A DNA stretch of 23,763 nucleotides, from NCBI GenBank assembly GCA_004022145.1, contig RCNU01000004.1; one strand, written 5' to 3'. Position numbers and translations under genes: made by a program. The stretch's first letter is position 1. Each line of letters starts with the position of its first letter. The DNA comes from Paecilomyces variotii. Lineage: Eukaryota. Shown in pieces: positions 1-10,132 of this stretch. Under the pieces are notes generated by a model. It did no database searches, was not told the DNA's origin, and saw only the letters and a list, made by a program, of their open reading frames with translations.

Positions 1-1
1 A

Positions 2-868
2 GCAGCCTTCGTGGCAGGCATGCCTCTTCCATACGAAGTCAATGAGGACGGTTATGTGGGAGCACTTTCAGGGTCTCCCTTAGAGGTCGTTAAATGCGAG
101 ACGAACGATCTATATGTGCCGGCAAACTCGGAGATTGTTCTGGAAGGTCACATTTCCAACTCCAAAACAGTTCCTGAAGGTCCCATGGGCGAGTACCATG
201 GCTATGCCTTCAAAGATAAGCCTGTCATGAAACCACTCTTCCATGTCGACTGTGTTACCTACCGAAAGAATCCGGTGGTACCCATCTGCGTTGCTGGTCT
301 GCCGCCAGACGAGACGCACACAGTCTGGGGGCCATCTATTTCCGCAGAATTACTCTCAGCATTGCGCAAAGCTGGCTTCCCAGTGAATTTCGTTTGGCTC
401 CCACTCGAAGCATTGTGCATCTGGATCTTCGTTAGCGTCGATACCAAGAAGCTTGCGAGCATGAACATCTCCCCAGAAGAACTTTGCAAGCGTGCGGGAG
501 AGCTCATATTCGGCACACACGCTGGCTGGGAGATCCCGAAAGTGTTCCTTGTGGGAGACGATGTCGATATCACTGATATCAACCAGGTGCTTTGGGCGCT
601 CTCTACCCGCTACCGACCTGGAGCGGACGAATACATTTTCGATGAAGCGACTGGGCTTCCCTTGTTGCCGTACATGATGCGAGCTACGAGGAAAGAGGTC
701 CCTGATCCGGGCAAGGGAGGAAAGAGTGTTGTGAACCTGCTTCTGCCGGAAGAGTTTAATGGTGAGAGGAACTGGCTACCTAGCAACTTCGAAGGATCCT
801 ACCCGGAGGATACCAAAGAGACTGTGCTCTCCAAATGGGAGAAGTATGGATATTCAAAGGATGAGTGA
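2..868 (+). CDS. fdc1: UbiD/Fdc1-family prFMN-dependent (de)carboxylase, 3' part (5' end lies upstream of the window); Fdc1-like, orthology not established
   Basis: The frame is open from nt 2 (AAFVAGMP...) to TGA 866-868. It has UbiD-family motifs VPANSEIVLEG, catalytic EGPMGEYHG (176-202), DETHT, LVGDDVD, VLWALSTRYRPG and the fungal Fdc1-type C-terminus SYPEDTKETVLSKW. Confidence 0.93.
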   Translation, partial: AAFVAGMPLPYEVNEDGYVGALSGSPLEVVKCETNDLYVPANSEIVLEGHISNSKTVPEGPMGEYHGYAFKDKPVMKPLFHVDCVTYRKNPVVPICVAGLPPDETHTVWGPSISAELLSALRKAGFPVNFVWLPLEALCIWIFVSVDTKKLASMNISPEELCKRAGELIFGTHAGWEIPKVFLVGDDVDITDINQVLWALSTRYRPGADEYIFDEATGLPLLPYMMRATRKEVPDPGKGGKSVVNLLLPEEFNGERNWLPSNFEGSYPEDTKETVLSKWEKYGYSKDE

Positions 869-915
869 AACTTGAGCCTCAGATAGTATAGTATGTACAT
901 GATATTCTGGCTGCT

Positions 916-2267
916 CTAGTTCTTAGCAAAACGCTTCCAAAAAATTAGTCTAGTCTTAGCATTCTTTCTTCGAGCGTCAGATATACCATTCCCCAATTCA
1001 TCATCCAAATATTCGTCGTCTTCTGTACTCTCCATTGGAGGAACCCAAGGAACAGCCCATTTGTGCTGAGGAATTTCACCTAACTTGGTGCTTCCAGAGC
1101 TGATCGAGAGGATAGAAATTCTATTATGCCCCTGAGACCTCTCTGGTGGATCTTTTCTGATATTGCAACATTGAGGAAACTCAACTTGGCCCTTATCTGT
1201 AGCGTCACCTACACTCCTGCTCTGACGCTCTGAGTGTGACTCCAACTGATCAGCAGTATAATATCCCACGGGCTCATTCGAGGAGGTTGCTGCTTGATCC
1301 GTACCGGACATGTCGAGTCTCGCGTATTTGCTATAATCTGGTCCATCGATCTGTTTCCCTGATGCGTGCTTATTTCTTAGTTTAAGGTTGGCGGTCTGCT
1401 GATGGTGCTTGGTGGATGTTATCGTTGCCATGTAGATCGACGAGTGGTTTTTCGATCGTACCCATGCCCCCTGAACCGGTTCAGAAGCCACCGACTTTGC
1501 TTTCGACGTCTCTGTTTTCCGCCGCTGTTGCGACGCATGGAAATTACTATTCTTAGTTCGCGCTGCGCTTATCACCGATGTTTCTTTTCTAGTTTGTTGC
1601 TTTACTCTTCTTGTTGCTTGCTGATTCCTAGGTCGCCTGGCCAATTCATCTTTTCTAGTCCTTCCATGAACAGCTTTTTGAGATATTCTCGCTCGTGGAT
1701 CTCCACTAGAAGCAAAAAGCGTAAGCCTCTCCCGAAGTGCTTGTAGTGAGCTAACCGCCTCTGCGGCAGAGGTTTGCGATAAACTCAGCAGAGACTGCCG
1801 CGCGAGTTTGTCGCATCTGCTGGACCCTGTCCCTCCGTTCGGTGGAGTGCACAGGCAGGAAGATATGATTCTCATCAGGCCCGCGTTCAGAGCAAGTAGT
1901 GTATGTGTCAGCGAGGCTTGGGCTAGTTCTATATATATGTTAATTTCATCAGTATACTCTCTCATCTATCATGAAAAAGCTGCGTGGACAGAGAAGAATA
2001 ACCAAGCATACCATCTCCCCTCTCGAACCTCTGCCCGAATCTTCTCGTGCTCCGGTCATACTCTGTCATGATTTCGCAGGACCCTGCTTGAAGAGATCTA
2101 AGAAGATGCAGTTCATCTTCATCGTCATGATCGCGAGTACTCTTTCTGGATGTTCTGCGGGGTCGAGGTCCTTGTTTTCTCGTTTGAAGCCGTCTGAATA
2201 CGTCCATCCCGCTGTCGAACGCGGAGACGATAGACCCCACGATGGAAGAGACACTGGGGTTTGGCAT
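916..2267 (-). CDS. Fungal hypothetical protein, 2 exons (2267-2012, 1928-916), 422 aa, with a basic low-complexity C-terminal half
   Basis: ATG at 2267 (MPNPSVSSIVGSIVSAFDSGMDVFRRL). Intron 2011-1929 (GTATGC...ATTAAC...TAG) joins two track ORFs in frame as ...FERGD|ELAQASLTHTLLALNAGL. Total 1269 nt, ending at TAG 918-916. The C-terminal part contains SSGSTKLGEIPQHKW. Confidence 0.8.
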
Positions 2268-3459
2268 TTTGCTTGTGTCGATCTTTTCTTTTTCTCGCTT
2301 GATGGCAAGGCAAGTGCATGCCATGATTTACTTCCTACAAAGGACACCACGCCCGTATTTATTTTCCCGATAGGGGCCAGAGAACATGGATGAAGAACCC
2401 CACTGTACCTTATTCGAGCCTCTCTGTTGTAGACAAACCAATCGCGGCTTTTATCACATAGCCTTTGGAGAAGCATCGAGCCGTGCCAAAATAACTGCAA
2501 GTACTTCTATTCTCGCATAAGGTGCCTGTTGGAGTCTGCACTGACAGGGCGACGGCGCATCTTGGCCAACCACTCATTAAGCTTTCTGCCCTTGGTCGAT
2601 CTATTGATTCAAACAAGCGTATGCTCTGCTTTTGTCCTGTCTATACTGTATGGAGTGACCACCACGCAGAATGCAGAAATATGCAAGAGGGCGAGGCGCT
2701 CGACATTTTAGGAATGCGTCGACGGAGGGCGCGACCTCTCGATGTAGAGCTAAGCATGATAGGTTATCCAGGATAGTGACCAACTACATTTCATATTTCT
2801 GGAGCTTTCTGTCGATCTGTATGCAGGATCAGGAAGGAAAGAGTTAGTATACGGAGGCAGCAAATGGGAATAGAACGGAGTTTTCAAGGGGGTTCTTCCG
2901 GGCGCTTACAGGAGCGTTGGGATTCGGCCTTTCTTTACCGTGCCACAGCCCATACGAGATCGAAGAGAGGCCAATGTCTAGTTGACCATATCTGGGCTGA
3001 TACAAGCCCTGGGTAGATTAACTAACTATCCTGTGTCAAGGTAGTTAGCTAGTTAGTTACAGGAAGCTAATATTAATAATATCCTATCCCAACCGTAGAT
3101 CTGGACAAAGAAATACACTAAATTGCAGGTGGTCTGATGTTATACCATAAGACTCCGATAGCCCGTTCCCTCATATGTATGAAGTAACCCGCTTCCAATG
3201 ATATAGTAGTGAAAATATGAGCCTTAACAATTATTAAGCTTTGATGGTCTCGGCGCCCACAGGAGAAAATACTCCATCTATGAGAGTCTAAATTGAGTTC
3301 GCAGGTGAGTCAACTGCGGACATGACTAGAGGTTAGTTAAAGTTAGTTTAGACGAAGAAGTTGAACAGTGCAATTCTCATATTGATGACGAACGATATCA
3401 TAGCGCAAGTAACTAATATTTAGCTGGCGATATCTCCCCATAGTGGACACTTGAGACTA

Positions 3460-3730
3460 ACCGAAACCGGCTCAATATGGACTTAATTTCCCGATATGGC
3501 GGAACCCTCGGTTTCCGACAAAGAAAAGAAGACCCTTATGTCCGACACCAGCATCAAAGATTTTGCTTTTACGAACAGTTAACAAGTAAGGGCTAGTTTA
3601 CTAGAATGACGCTTATAAACCCTTTTAAGGTCTAGAACGATACGGGGTTAATTCGGCCGATATGTTTCCGATGGTTCTGGCAGACTACTCTAAGCTTTTA
3701 CCTGGCCATTACTGATTTATATATCTAGTC
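3460..3730 (+). promoter_or_regulatory. Putative MFS promoter with clustered CCG/CGG triplets (possible Zn(II)2Cys6 sites) and TATA-like elements
   Basis: CCGAAACCGG (~3461), CCGATATGGCGG (3491), CGGTTTCCGA (~3508), TCCGACA (3541) and CGGCCGATATGTTTCCGA (~3654). TATAAA at ~3614 and TATATAT at ~3718 lie upstream of ATG 3809. Confidence 0.35.
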
Positions 3731-3808
3731 GCCTCTCGTTCCTAAACAGCCATCCCTATATTCCCCTTCAACCTTGACACGGCTATCAGACTGCCAAGGT
3801 CACCTAAG

Positions 3809-5629
3809 ATGGCATTCATAATCCAGTATACACGACTGCGAAAGCAGGTTCTGCAGCAGTTGCAGGAGATGGACGCGGTGCAAGAGAAGGACGAGGTCGT
3901 ACCGACGCCAGCAGACGCCGATGTGACTAACCAGTCGCAACCGGGTAAGCCATACAACCCTTCACGCTATTGCCAGATCAGTGGAATCACGTTGGAAGAG
4001 GATTGTAACGGTGAACAGTACTTTCGAGTTGGATGGGCAGGGCCGGATGATCAGTTTAACCCGCGGAATTGGACCACGACACGACGTCTCTTTGCGACGC
4101 TCTTAGTATGTTTGATCGCTCTGGTAGCGACCTTGGCATCGTCCATTGATGCTGCAGTCATTACCCCAGCATCCAAGACGTTTGGAGTAGCCGAGGTGGT
4201 TGAATCGTTAGCCACGGGTATCTATCTGATCGGATTTGGCGTTGGCTCAGTGATCGCGAGTCCCTTGTCCGAAATGGTCGGTCGATACCCCGTGTACATC
4301 GGCGCCCTATCACTCTTTGCAGCATGGCTCCTGGGGGCAGCGTTGGCACCCAATATCGGAGCACAGATTGTCTTTCGCTTTCTGGCGGGAGTGTCCAGCG
4401 CCGCTCCGCTCACTGTGGCCGGAGGATCTGTCTCTGATGTCTGGGATACTCTGGAGAAGACATTCGCCTTTCCCTTTTTTGCAATCCAAGGATTTGGGGG
4501 TCCTTGTCTTGGTAAGGCCGTACAATGCAGAGACATGAGAGTCGAGGCTCATTAATCAATCTCTTTATAGGACCCGTCGTTGGTGCGTATATAGGCCAGA
4601 GCCCCCACATCGACTGGAGATGGACGGAATGGGTCATGCTTATCCTGAACGGTCTGATTATTACATTACTATTCCTGTTCAAACGTGAAACATTCGGTCC
4701 CCAGCTCCTTTACTACAAGGCTAGATTCTTCCGACAGGCTACAGGTGACCCGCGATTCAAAACCGAGCTGGAAGCTTCTGGGGTGGTGTCTGTAACCACA
4801 ACATTAAAGCGCCATTTCAGTCGTCCGTGGATCCTTGCCGTTGAGCCGATTGTCATATTTATGACCTTCTATCTCACCGTGGTTTACATCGTACTCTTCA
4901 CGTTCCTGGATGGGTGAGTATTGATTGTCCCGTGACTGCGACCCCGGTTTGGATTGTCTTGCTGATATCCTGACATAGTTACCCGGCCATATTTGGCCGT
5001 GTCCACCATATCAGCGATGGACTTGCGAACATCTGCTTCCTGGGCTTGTGGATAGGTATATTGCTGTCTATGTTGCTGGTTCCGATTCTGTACAAAAGAA
5101 CACAGAGACAGTTGAAGAAAGATGGCGACGACGGTTCTGGAAAAGTACTCAACCGAGAATCCCGTCTGTTCTTTGCCATGGTCGGGGCTCCGGCACTTCC
5201 AATCGGTCTCTTCTGGATGGGGTGGACAGATTTCGTGAGGATCCCTGTCTCGTGCAAAGCTCTTTCTAACACACTGTCTAATCGGTTGACATCTTACAGT
5301 CTTCTATTTCGATCTGGTCCCCATTGGTTGCCAGTGTCGCCGTCGGATTTGCCAATATTTGCATTTTCATGTCGGCGTACATGTATATCATCGACTCATA
5401 CTTACACTATGCTGCTTCGGCCCTCACATTTACCGCTCTCGTTCGATACCTGGCTGCTGGAGGCATGACTGTCGTCGGCATCCCGATGTACAATAATCTG
5501 GGCGTGCACTGGGCATTGACTGTGTTGGGTATTATCAGCGTCGTTGTGACGCCAATCCCCTACGTTCTGTACTTCTGGGGACCGAACCTGCGAAAGAGGA
5601 GCAAATGGGCCACGGCTATTTCAACCTGA
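3809..5629 (+). CDS. MFS multidrug/H+ antiporter (DHA1 family), 4 exons: 3809-4511, 4571-4913, 4979-5234, 5300-5629; 543 aa
   Basis: DHA1 motifs WAGPDDQFNPRNW, PLSEMVGRYPVY, FRFLAGVSSAAPLTVAGGSVSDVW, GPVVG, WRWTEW, ETFGP, EPIV, ESRL and YIIDSY..YAASA. Three GT-AG introns (4512-4570, 4914-4978, 5235-5299) give a continuous 1632-nt frame. Confidence 0.95.
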
Positions 5630-6010
5630 GGAGACCCATGATTCTCGACACACAGAACAATGGCGACAAACGAGGTACCGATAATGGAGAAGTCGGGAAA
5701 AGGAGAGCACGAGGAGACACTTTCTGCATCGCATTTCCATCCAGGACCGCAATGGAAATTATCTATAAACACGATTGGGCCATAACATTGCGTTACTGTC
5801 CGTTCCTAATGCTTTTTGATTTTTTTTCTTAATCTTTTTCCATTAATCTTTTAAGTCATTCCCAGTGTGGGTAATTAATAGCTTATTATAAGTAGCAGTT
5901 TCACATAAAAATCAAGCCAATTAAGAGTAGATAATCTTGATTGCAGTGGGTATTAAGTCTATTATATTAGGTCATAGGTGGTTTTCGTCGGAAGTAGTTT
6001 TCATTCTTAT

Positions 6011-6293
6011 TTAAATAAAGATGTATTCGGGTTTCAGCTGGACCTTGTTACAGCTCAACGGGAGTTCAGGCTGGTAGTACTCGACGAGGTAGAAGATCTG
6101 AGGGGCGTTGTGCCACCAGTCGCAGACTAGAGATGTACCTGTCAGAAGAATTGTCCTAGTCGAAAAATAATAAAGAAAATTCGTCCAATATGGATTACCT
6201 ACCAAGCCAGCCACCGAAGCCGTCCTCAGCGTTCCACTCAAGACCACTGGAGTTGATAGAGAAGCCAGAAGTACCGTAGCCAGCGTTGACCTC
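6011..6293 (-). pseudogene. 3' fragment of a small, probably secreted, fungal protein gene (exons ~6293-6203 and 6126-6011); 5' half missing
   Basis: Splicing intron 6202-6127 (GTAGGT...CTGAC...TAG) gives EVNAGYGTSGFSINSSGLEWNAEDGFGGWL|VCDWWHNAPQIFYLVEYYQPELPLSCNKVQLKPEYIFI*. This resembles the C-terminus of a family of small secreted Pezizomycotina proteins (recalled from memory as DUF7907-like). There is an in-frame TGA about 12 codons upstream and no start codon or signal peptide in this frame. Confidence 0.7.
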
Positions 6294-6368
6294 ATTTTGA
6301 GATAGCAGATAACATGTCCGTGTAGGTCAGCCAATTCAGAAAGCAAAGTTGCCAATCGCCAGCAAGAG

Positions 6369-7555
6369 CTATGTCGCAGGAGTGAGGCCCATCGCTAGTA
6401 TCTTTTCCCTCGCCAAGGCTCGTAGCCTGTTCAAAGACAAATTGAAGGTTGTGTTCGCATTTCTACCCGGCGTGATATATGGCCCGAAAAGTTCGCCCAG
6501 GGTTATCGGAGGATCTCTTTGGACAGTAGCTGCGGGCACTGGGAAAAGCTGCTATAGATTATTAAAAATCCTCATTAGTACAAAATTGAAGTCTAATAAC
6601 TAAGAGCAAAAGAGAGAGAGAGAGAGAAGAAAAGAAAAGGAAAGAAAACATACCTCACGGTGAAGCTGGATTACCGCCCCGGCAGGATTTCGGTGCCATA
6701 CCTCGATTAAACCCGTAACATAACCGTTGGCAATTCTCGTCCACTTAAGAAGGATTACATAGGCCACGTCGAGACCACCAGAAAACCACAGATTCTTATC
6801 TGCTTCTAAGTGCGGCCAGCTCTCTGACCATCCGGACTCAACAATTACACGAGGGAGGGATCCATGTGTATCAGGACGAAGCAAGAGATCAGGTTCCTTA
6901 CTAGAACCTGTATAAACACCGGAGAAACCAGTGAACCCTAGTTATATAATATTAGTAAGAAATAACTATAAGTTAAGAGTCAATTATAAGAATTATACTA
7001 ACTGGTGCCAACATTCAGTTCTAAAAATAGAAACTCAGGAGGCGATAGAAACTGAGCCACAGTCATAAACCAAAGCTCGTTCTTAAGCCATTGCACATGT
7101 ACGTTATGAATTTCAGTGGGCATTATTAAAACTCGTAAGACCCCTGAAGCTGCGTTGAAATGGATTCTAAGAAATAATAGATTTATTAGTTAGGAATACT
7201 TGCATAATAGTTAAAGTGGAATATATATTTACCTTGGTAACGCTCTTTCAATGCGGGGTTCATTGGCAAGAGATACTGTCACCAAAGAGCCAATCTCAGG
7301 TGCAATATTCTCGCAGATTATTTCCTTACTGTCTTCAGCATGAAGGATTGCATTGCAAATATGAAGAAAAAGCTGTTGTGCAGTGAATGGTGCAGCAGAA
7401 TGTGCAGTGTTACTTCTGAGGTTATAAGCTGAAGTGCCAGTAGGTCCACAACTAGGCGAAGCAGAAAGTGGCGCAGAGAGTGAAGCTGATGGTGTGGTGT
7501 TGCTTCTGAGACTGCGCGGAGGCCCGCGATGCGGTGACCTACTATCCTCGTCCAT
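6369..7555 (-). CDS. Hypothetical protein with a PD-(D/E)XK-like (Uma2/restriction-endonuclease-like) core; 4 exons: 7555-7233, 7166-7003, 6937-6654, 6551-6369; 317 aa
   Basis: Three GT-AG introns (7232-7167, 7002-6938, 6653-6552) give an uninterrupted 954-nt frame. It contains LIMPTEIHNVH, GSSKEPDLLL, PRVIVESGWSESWPHLEADKNLW and VILLKW, and ends ...LRALAREKILAMGLTPAT* at TAG 6371-6369. Confidence 0.82.
6604..6648. repeat. (AG)n microsatellite within a polypurine tract, inside intron 3 of the nuclease-like gene
   Basis: AGAGAGAGAGAGAGAG at 6611-6626, followed by AAGAAAAGAAAAGGAAAGAAAA. Confidence 0.85.
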
Positions 7556-7683
7556 TGTGAGAACTGGACTGAAGGATGTGTAAAATCAAGTTGAGAAGGT
7601 GCTACCGCGTAGCGGGGGATGTGAGGGGTAAGAAGCTTGGATTCTATCCTCCGGGGGAGGACTTGGACATGCTATGCTGACTA

Positions 7684-8140
7684 CCGTGTTTGACCGCCTG
7701 CCGACTGTTTCCACCTGACGACTACCTTTTTCTCATAGAAAATTAGCAAAATTAAACCTTTATAACTCAACCATAATTAAATATTTTTATATAAAAATTG
7801 AATTCTAAATAATATAAAGGCTGAATTTTTAATTAATATAGATTTTATATAAAATATATTAATATATAGAGTACTATAAGTAGTTAAAGTTAATAAGTTT
7901 TTAAAAATATTAAACTTAATATTATTTAATTATTCTTTAATATTTTATTATAAGATTAATTATATATATTTTTTATACTATAAAGTTTATATAAAATCTA
8001 TAAAAGTTTAAAAAATAATAAGAATATAGTATAATAATAAATAAACTTTTTAAAATTAAATTTTAAATTAACTTTAAATTAATAAAATATATATAAATTC
8101 TTTATTTTAAAGCTTTAAATATTAATTATAATTATATTTT
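7684..8140 (+). repeat. Left long inverted arm of the foldback element
   Basis: Reverse-complement match to ~8575-9039, e.g. TAAATTAACTTTAAATTAATAAAATATATATAAATTCTTTATTTTAAAGCTTTAA (~8064-8118). The inner boundary is approximate. Confidence 0.85.
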
Positions 8141-8574
8141 ATAATACTACTTAAAAAAATAAAGTTTTTTAATTTTTATTATAATTTTTTTAAAGGTTTT
8201 ATTTTTATTATAAAAACTATAATCTTTATTATTTTAATAATATTATTATTAATATTAGCTTAAATATAGTATAAATAAAATTTTACATATAAAAATAATA
8301 AAAGAATAGAAATTATTTATATTCTTACTAAATATTTTTAAATAATATAAAATATACTTTTTAAAACAACTTAATTTATTAATATAAATAAATTTAACTA
8401 GAATATTTTAAGTTTTTTAATATTTTTTATTTTCTATATAAAATTATATATTAAGAAATAATAAATTTATATAGATTATTTATATAAATAAAAATTTTTA
8501 TATTTTAACTTTAAAAGTAAAATATTATATATTAATATATTATAAGCCTTTTTTAATACTTCTTTTAATACTAA

Positions 8575-9039
8575 TATAAATATATAATAATAATTAATAT
8601 ATTAAAGCTTTAAAATAAAGAATTTATATATATTTTATTAATTTAAAGTTAATTTAAAATTTATATTTTAAAAAGTTTATTTATTATTATTATACTATAT
8701 TCTTATTATTTTCTAAACTTTTATAGATTTTATATAAACTTTATAGTATAAAAAATATATATAATAAATTTTATAGAAAAAATATTAAAGAATAATTAAA
8801 TAATATTAAGTTAAAATTTTAATAATTTTACTAACTTTAACTGCTTATAATATTATAAATATTAATAAATTTAATAAAAAATTAAATTAATTAAAATTCT
8901 AGTATATATAGTATTTATATATTAAATTTCATTTTAAAATATTTAATTATGGTTAAGTTATAAAGGTTTAATTTTGCTGATTTTCTATGGGGAAAAGGTG
9001 GTTATCAGGTAGAAACGGTCAGCAGGCGGTCAAACACAG
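8575..9039 (-). repeat. Right long inverted arm of the foldback element
   Basis: Reverse complement of 7684-~8140. The outer ~100 bp differ only by C/T and G/A transitions. Confidence 0.85.
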
Positions 9040-9772
9040 TAAGTAAGTGACGATATTTTCACACAGGACAATGGCTGGCAGAAGCCATCTATCGCGTACC
9101 GCTCCCAAGTCGCTGAGAGTGGCCCACAGCACGCACTCGAGTATCTGATGAATGTATGTACGGAGTACTGGCGTACTGTTAATGATGTAGAAGTAAAGGT
9201 CTTAGCTCGTCCTCTAGAATCCGTCATATGCAGGGTCCAACTTGGCGAGACCTTAATTATTCCGCCGCAGGAAGGCGGTCAGATGAAATATCGGCAGAAT
9301 CACAACCAAACCAAGTCTAAAAGGCGGTACAAAGAGGCAGAAATAGCTAAGTACTGTTTGGACGCAGTAAAGTATCTCAGATAGACTCTTGGACAGCACA
9401 GAATAACGTTCTCCTCGACTTGATTCTACATCGGAGCGGAATTATTGTGACATACTGTCTTTTGCTTTTATAAAGAGGCGCCTTTAGATCAGAAGCATTC
9501 TCTGTTAACATCTCTCCTTGACTTCTGCTTATCCTCCCCATTGTTAATCGTAGGTAACCAGCGGTACTTAAGCACCTGCATAAGATAGTTGGGCTCTACA
9601 GCTGACTTGCGATCTGCTCGAGATCATACTGTTCAAACACGTCACATATCTAACTGACAGTGGTGCGTCTATTAAATCACACAAACGCAAGTTCCCATCA
9701 AGATAAAAGCAAACTAACCTCCACAATCCTCCTGAAAAATAGTCTAAAGACTCCTCCCCAGCCTATATCCAC

Positions 9773-9990
9773 ATGCACCATCCGCGCCTGGCGGACTTCT
9801 TCAAGAACTTCACACACCCTCACACCTCGCTTTACACCAATATCGCTCTCCGGTCCTCACAAAACCACCCATACGCCGCGTCGGGCGTAATATATGGCTC
9901 AACGGCCTCGGGCCCCACGGCCGTGCCATCCTTTTTGCCTATCGAGGACATCTATATACTACCGCAGAACTAGCCTTTGAACCCGGAGAA
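9773..9990 (+). pseudogene. 5' fragment of a small fungal hypothetical gene with a RIP-type nonsense change
   Basis: MHHPRLADFFKNFTHPH...PSFLPIEDIYILPQN*PLNPE. The TAG at 9971-9973 reads as CAG (Q), restoring a PQxQPxNPE motif recalled from a family of small ascomycete proteins. Resemblance stops right after NPE. Confidence 0.5.
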
Positions 9991-10132
9991 CCCGGCAGCT
10001 CTTCACTTTGAGATTGTGCCTGGGTTAATAATAAGGATACTGTACACAATATATACATGTCAGTAACGAGTTACCAGCAGTGGGTGTATTTATATACTAA
10101 CCTACTTTAATAAACGGGGGAAGCAGACTAGG

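Larger units (their letters stand above)
7684..9039. mobile_element. Non-autonomous foldback-type DNA transposon (Tc1/mariner-type ends), 1356 bp, RIP-mutated
   Basis: Left end TA|CCGTGTTTGACCGCCTG... and right end ...CAGGCGGTCAAACACAG|TA. The TA target duplication is at 7682-7683 and 9040-9041. Inverted arms are ~450 bp; the AT-rich core has no recognisable transposase. Confidence 0.88.

Noticed and set aside
3019-3059. Inverted repeat TAACTAACTA...TAGTTAGTTA
   Set aside because: Low-complexity TAAC/GTTA microrepeats with no TSD or other element features.
110-5832. Many short overlapping or antisense ORFs in the track (e.g. 259-582, 1402-1746, 1971-2393, 2522-2776, 4222-4536, 5605-5832)
   Set aside because: They are shadows of real genes or intergenic chance ORFs with no recognisable motifs.
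6011-6355. 114-aa ORF from the track with a signal-peptide-like MRSTLATVLLASL stretch
   Set aside because: It reads through an intron. A different frame spliced at 6202-6127 gives a more coherent protein, and only the last exon is shared.
9030-9384. ORFs 9030-9227 (-) and 9148-9384 (+)
   Set aside because: Short, with no motifs or splice support; probably intergenic or promoter sequence.
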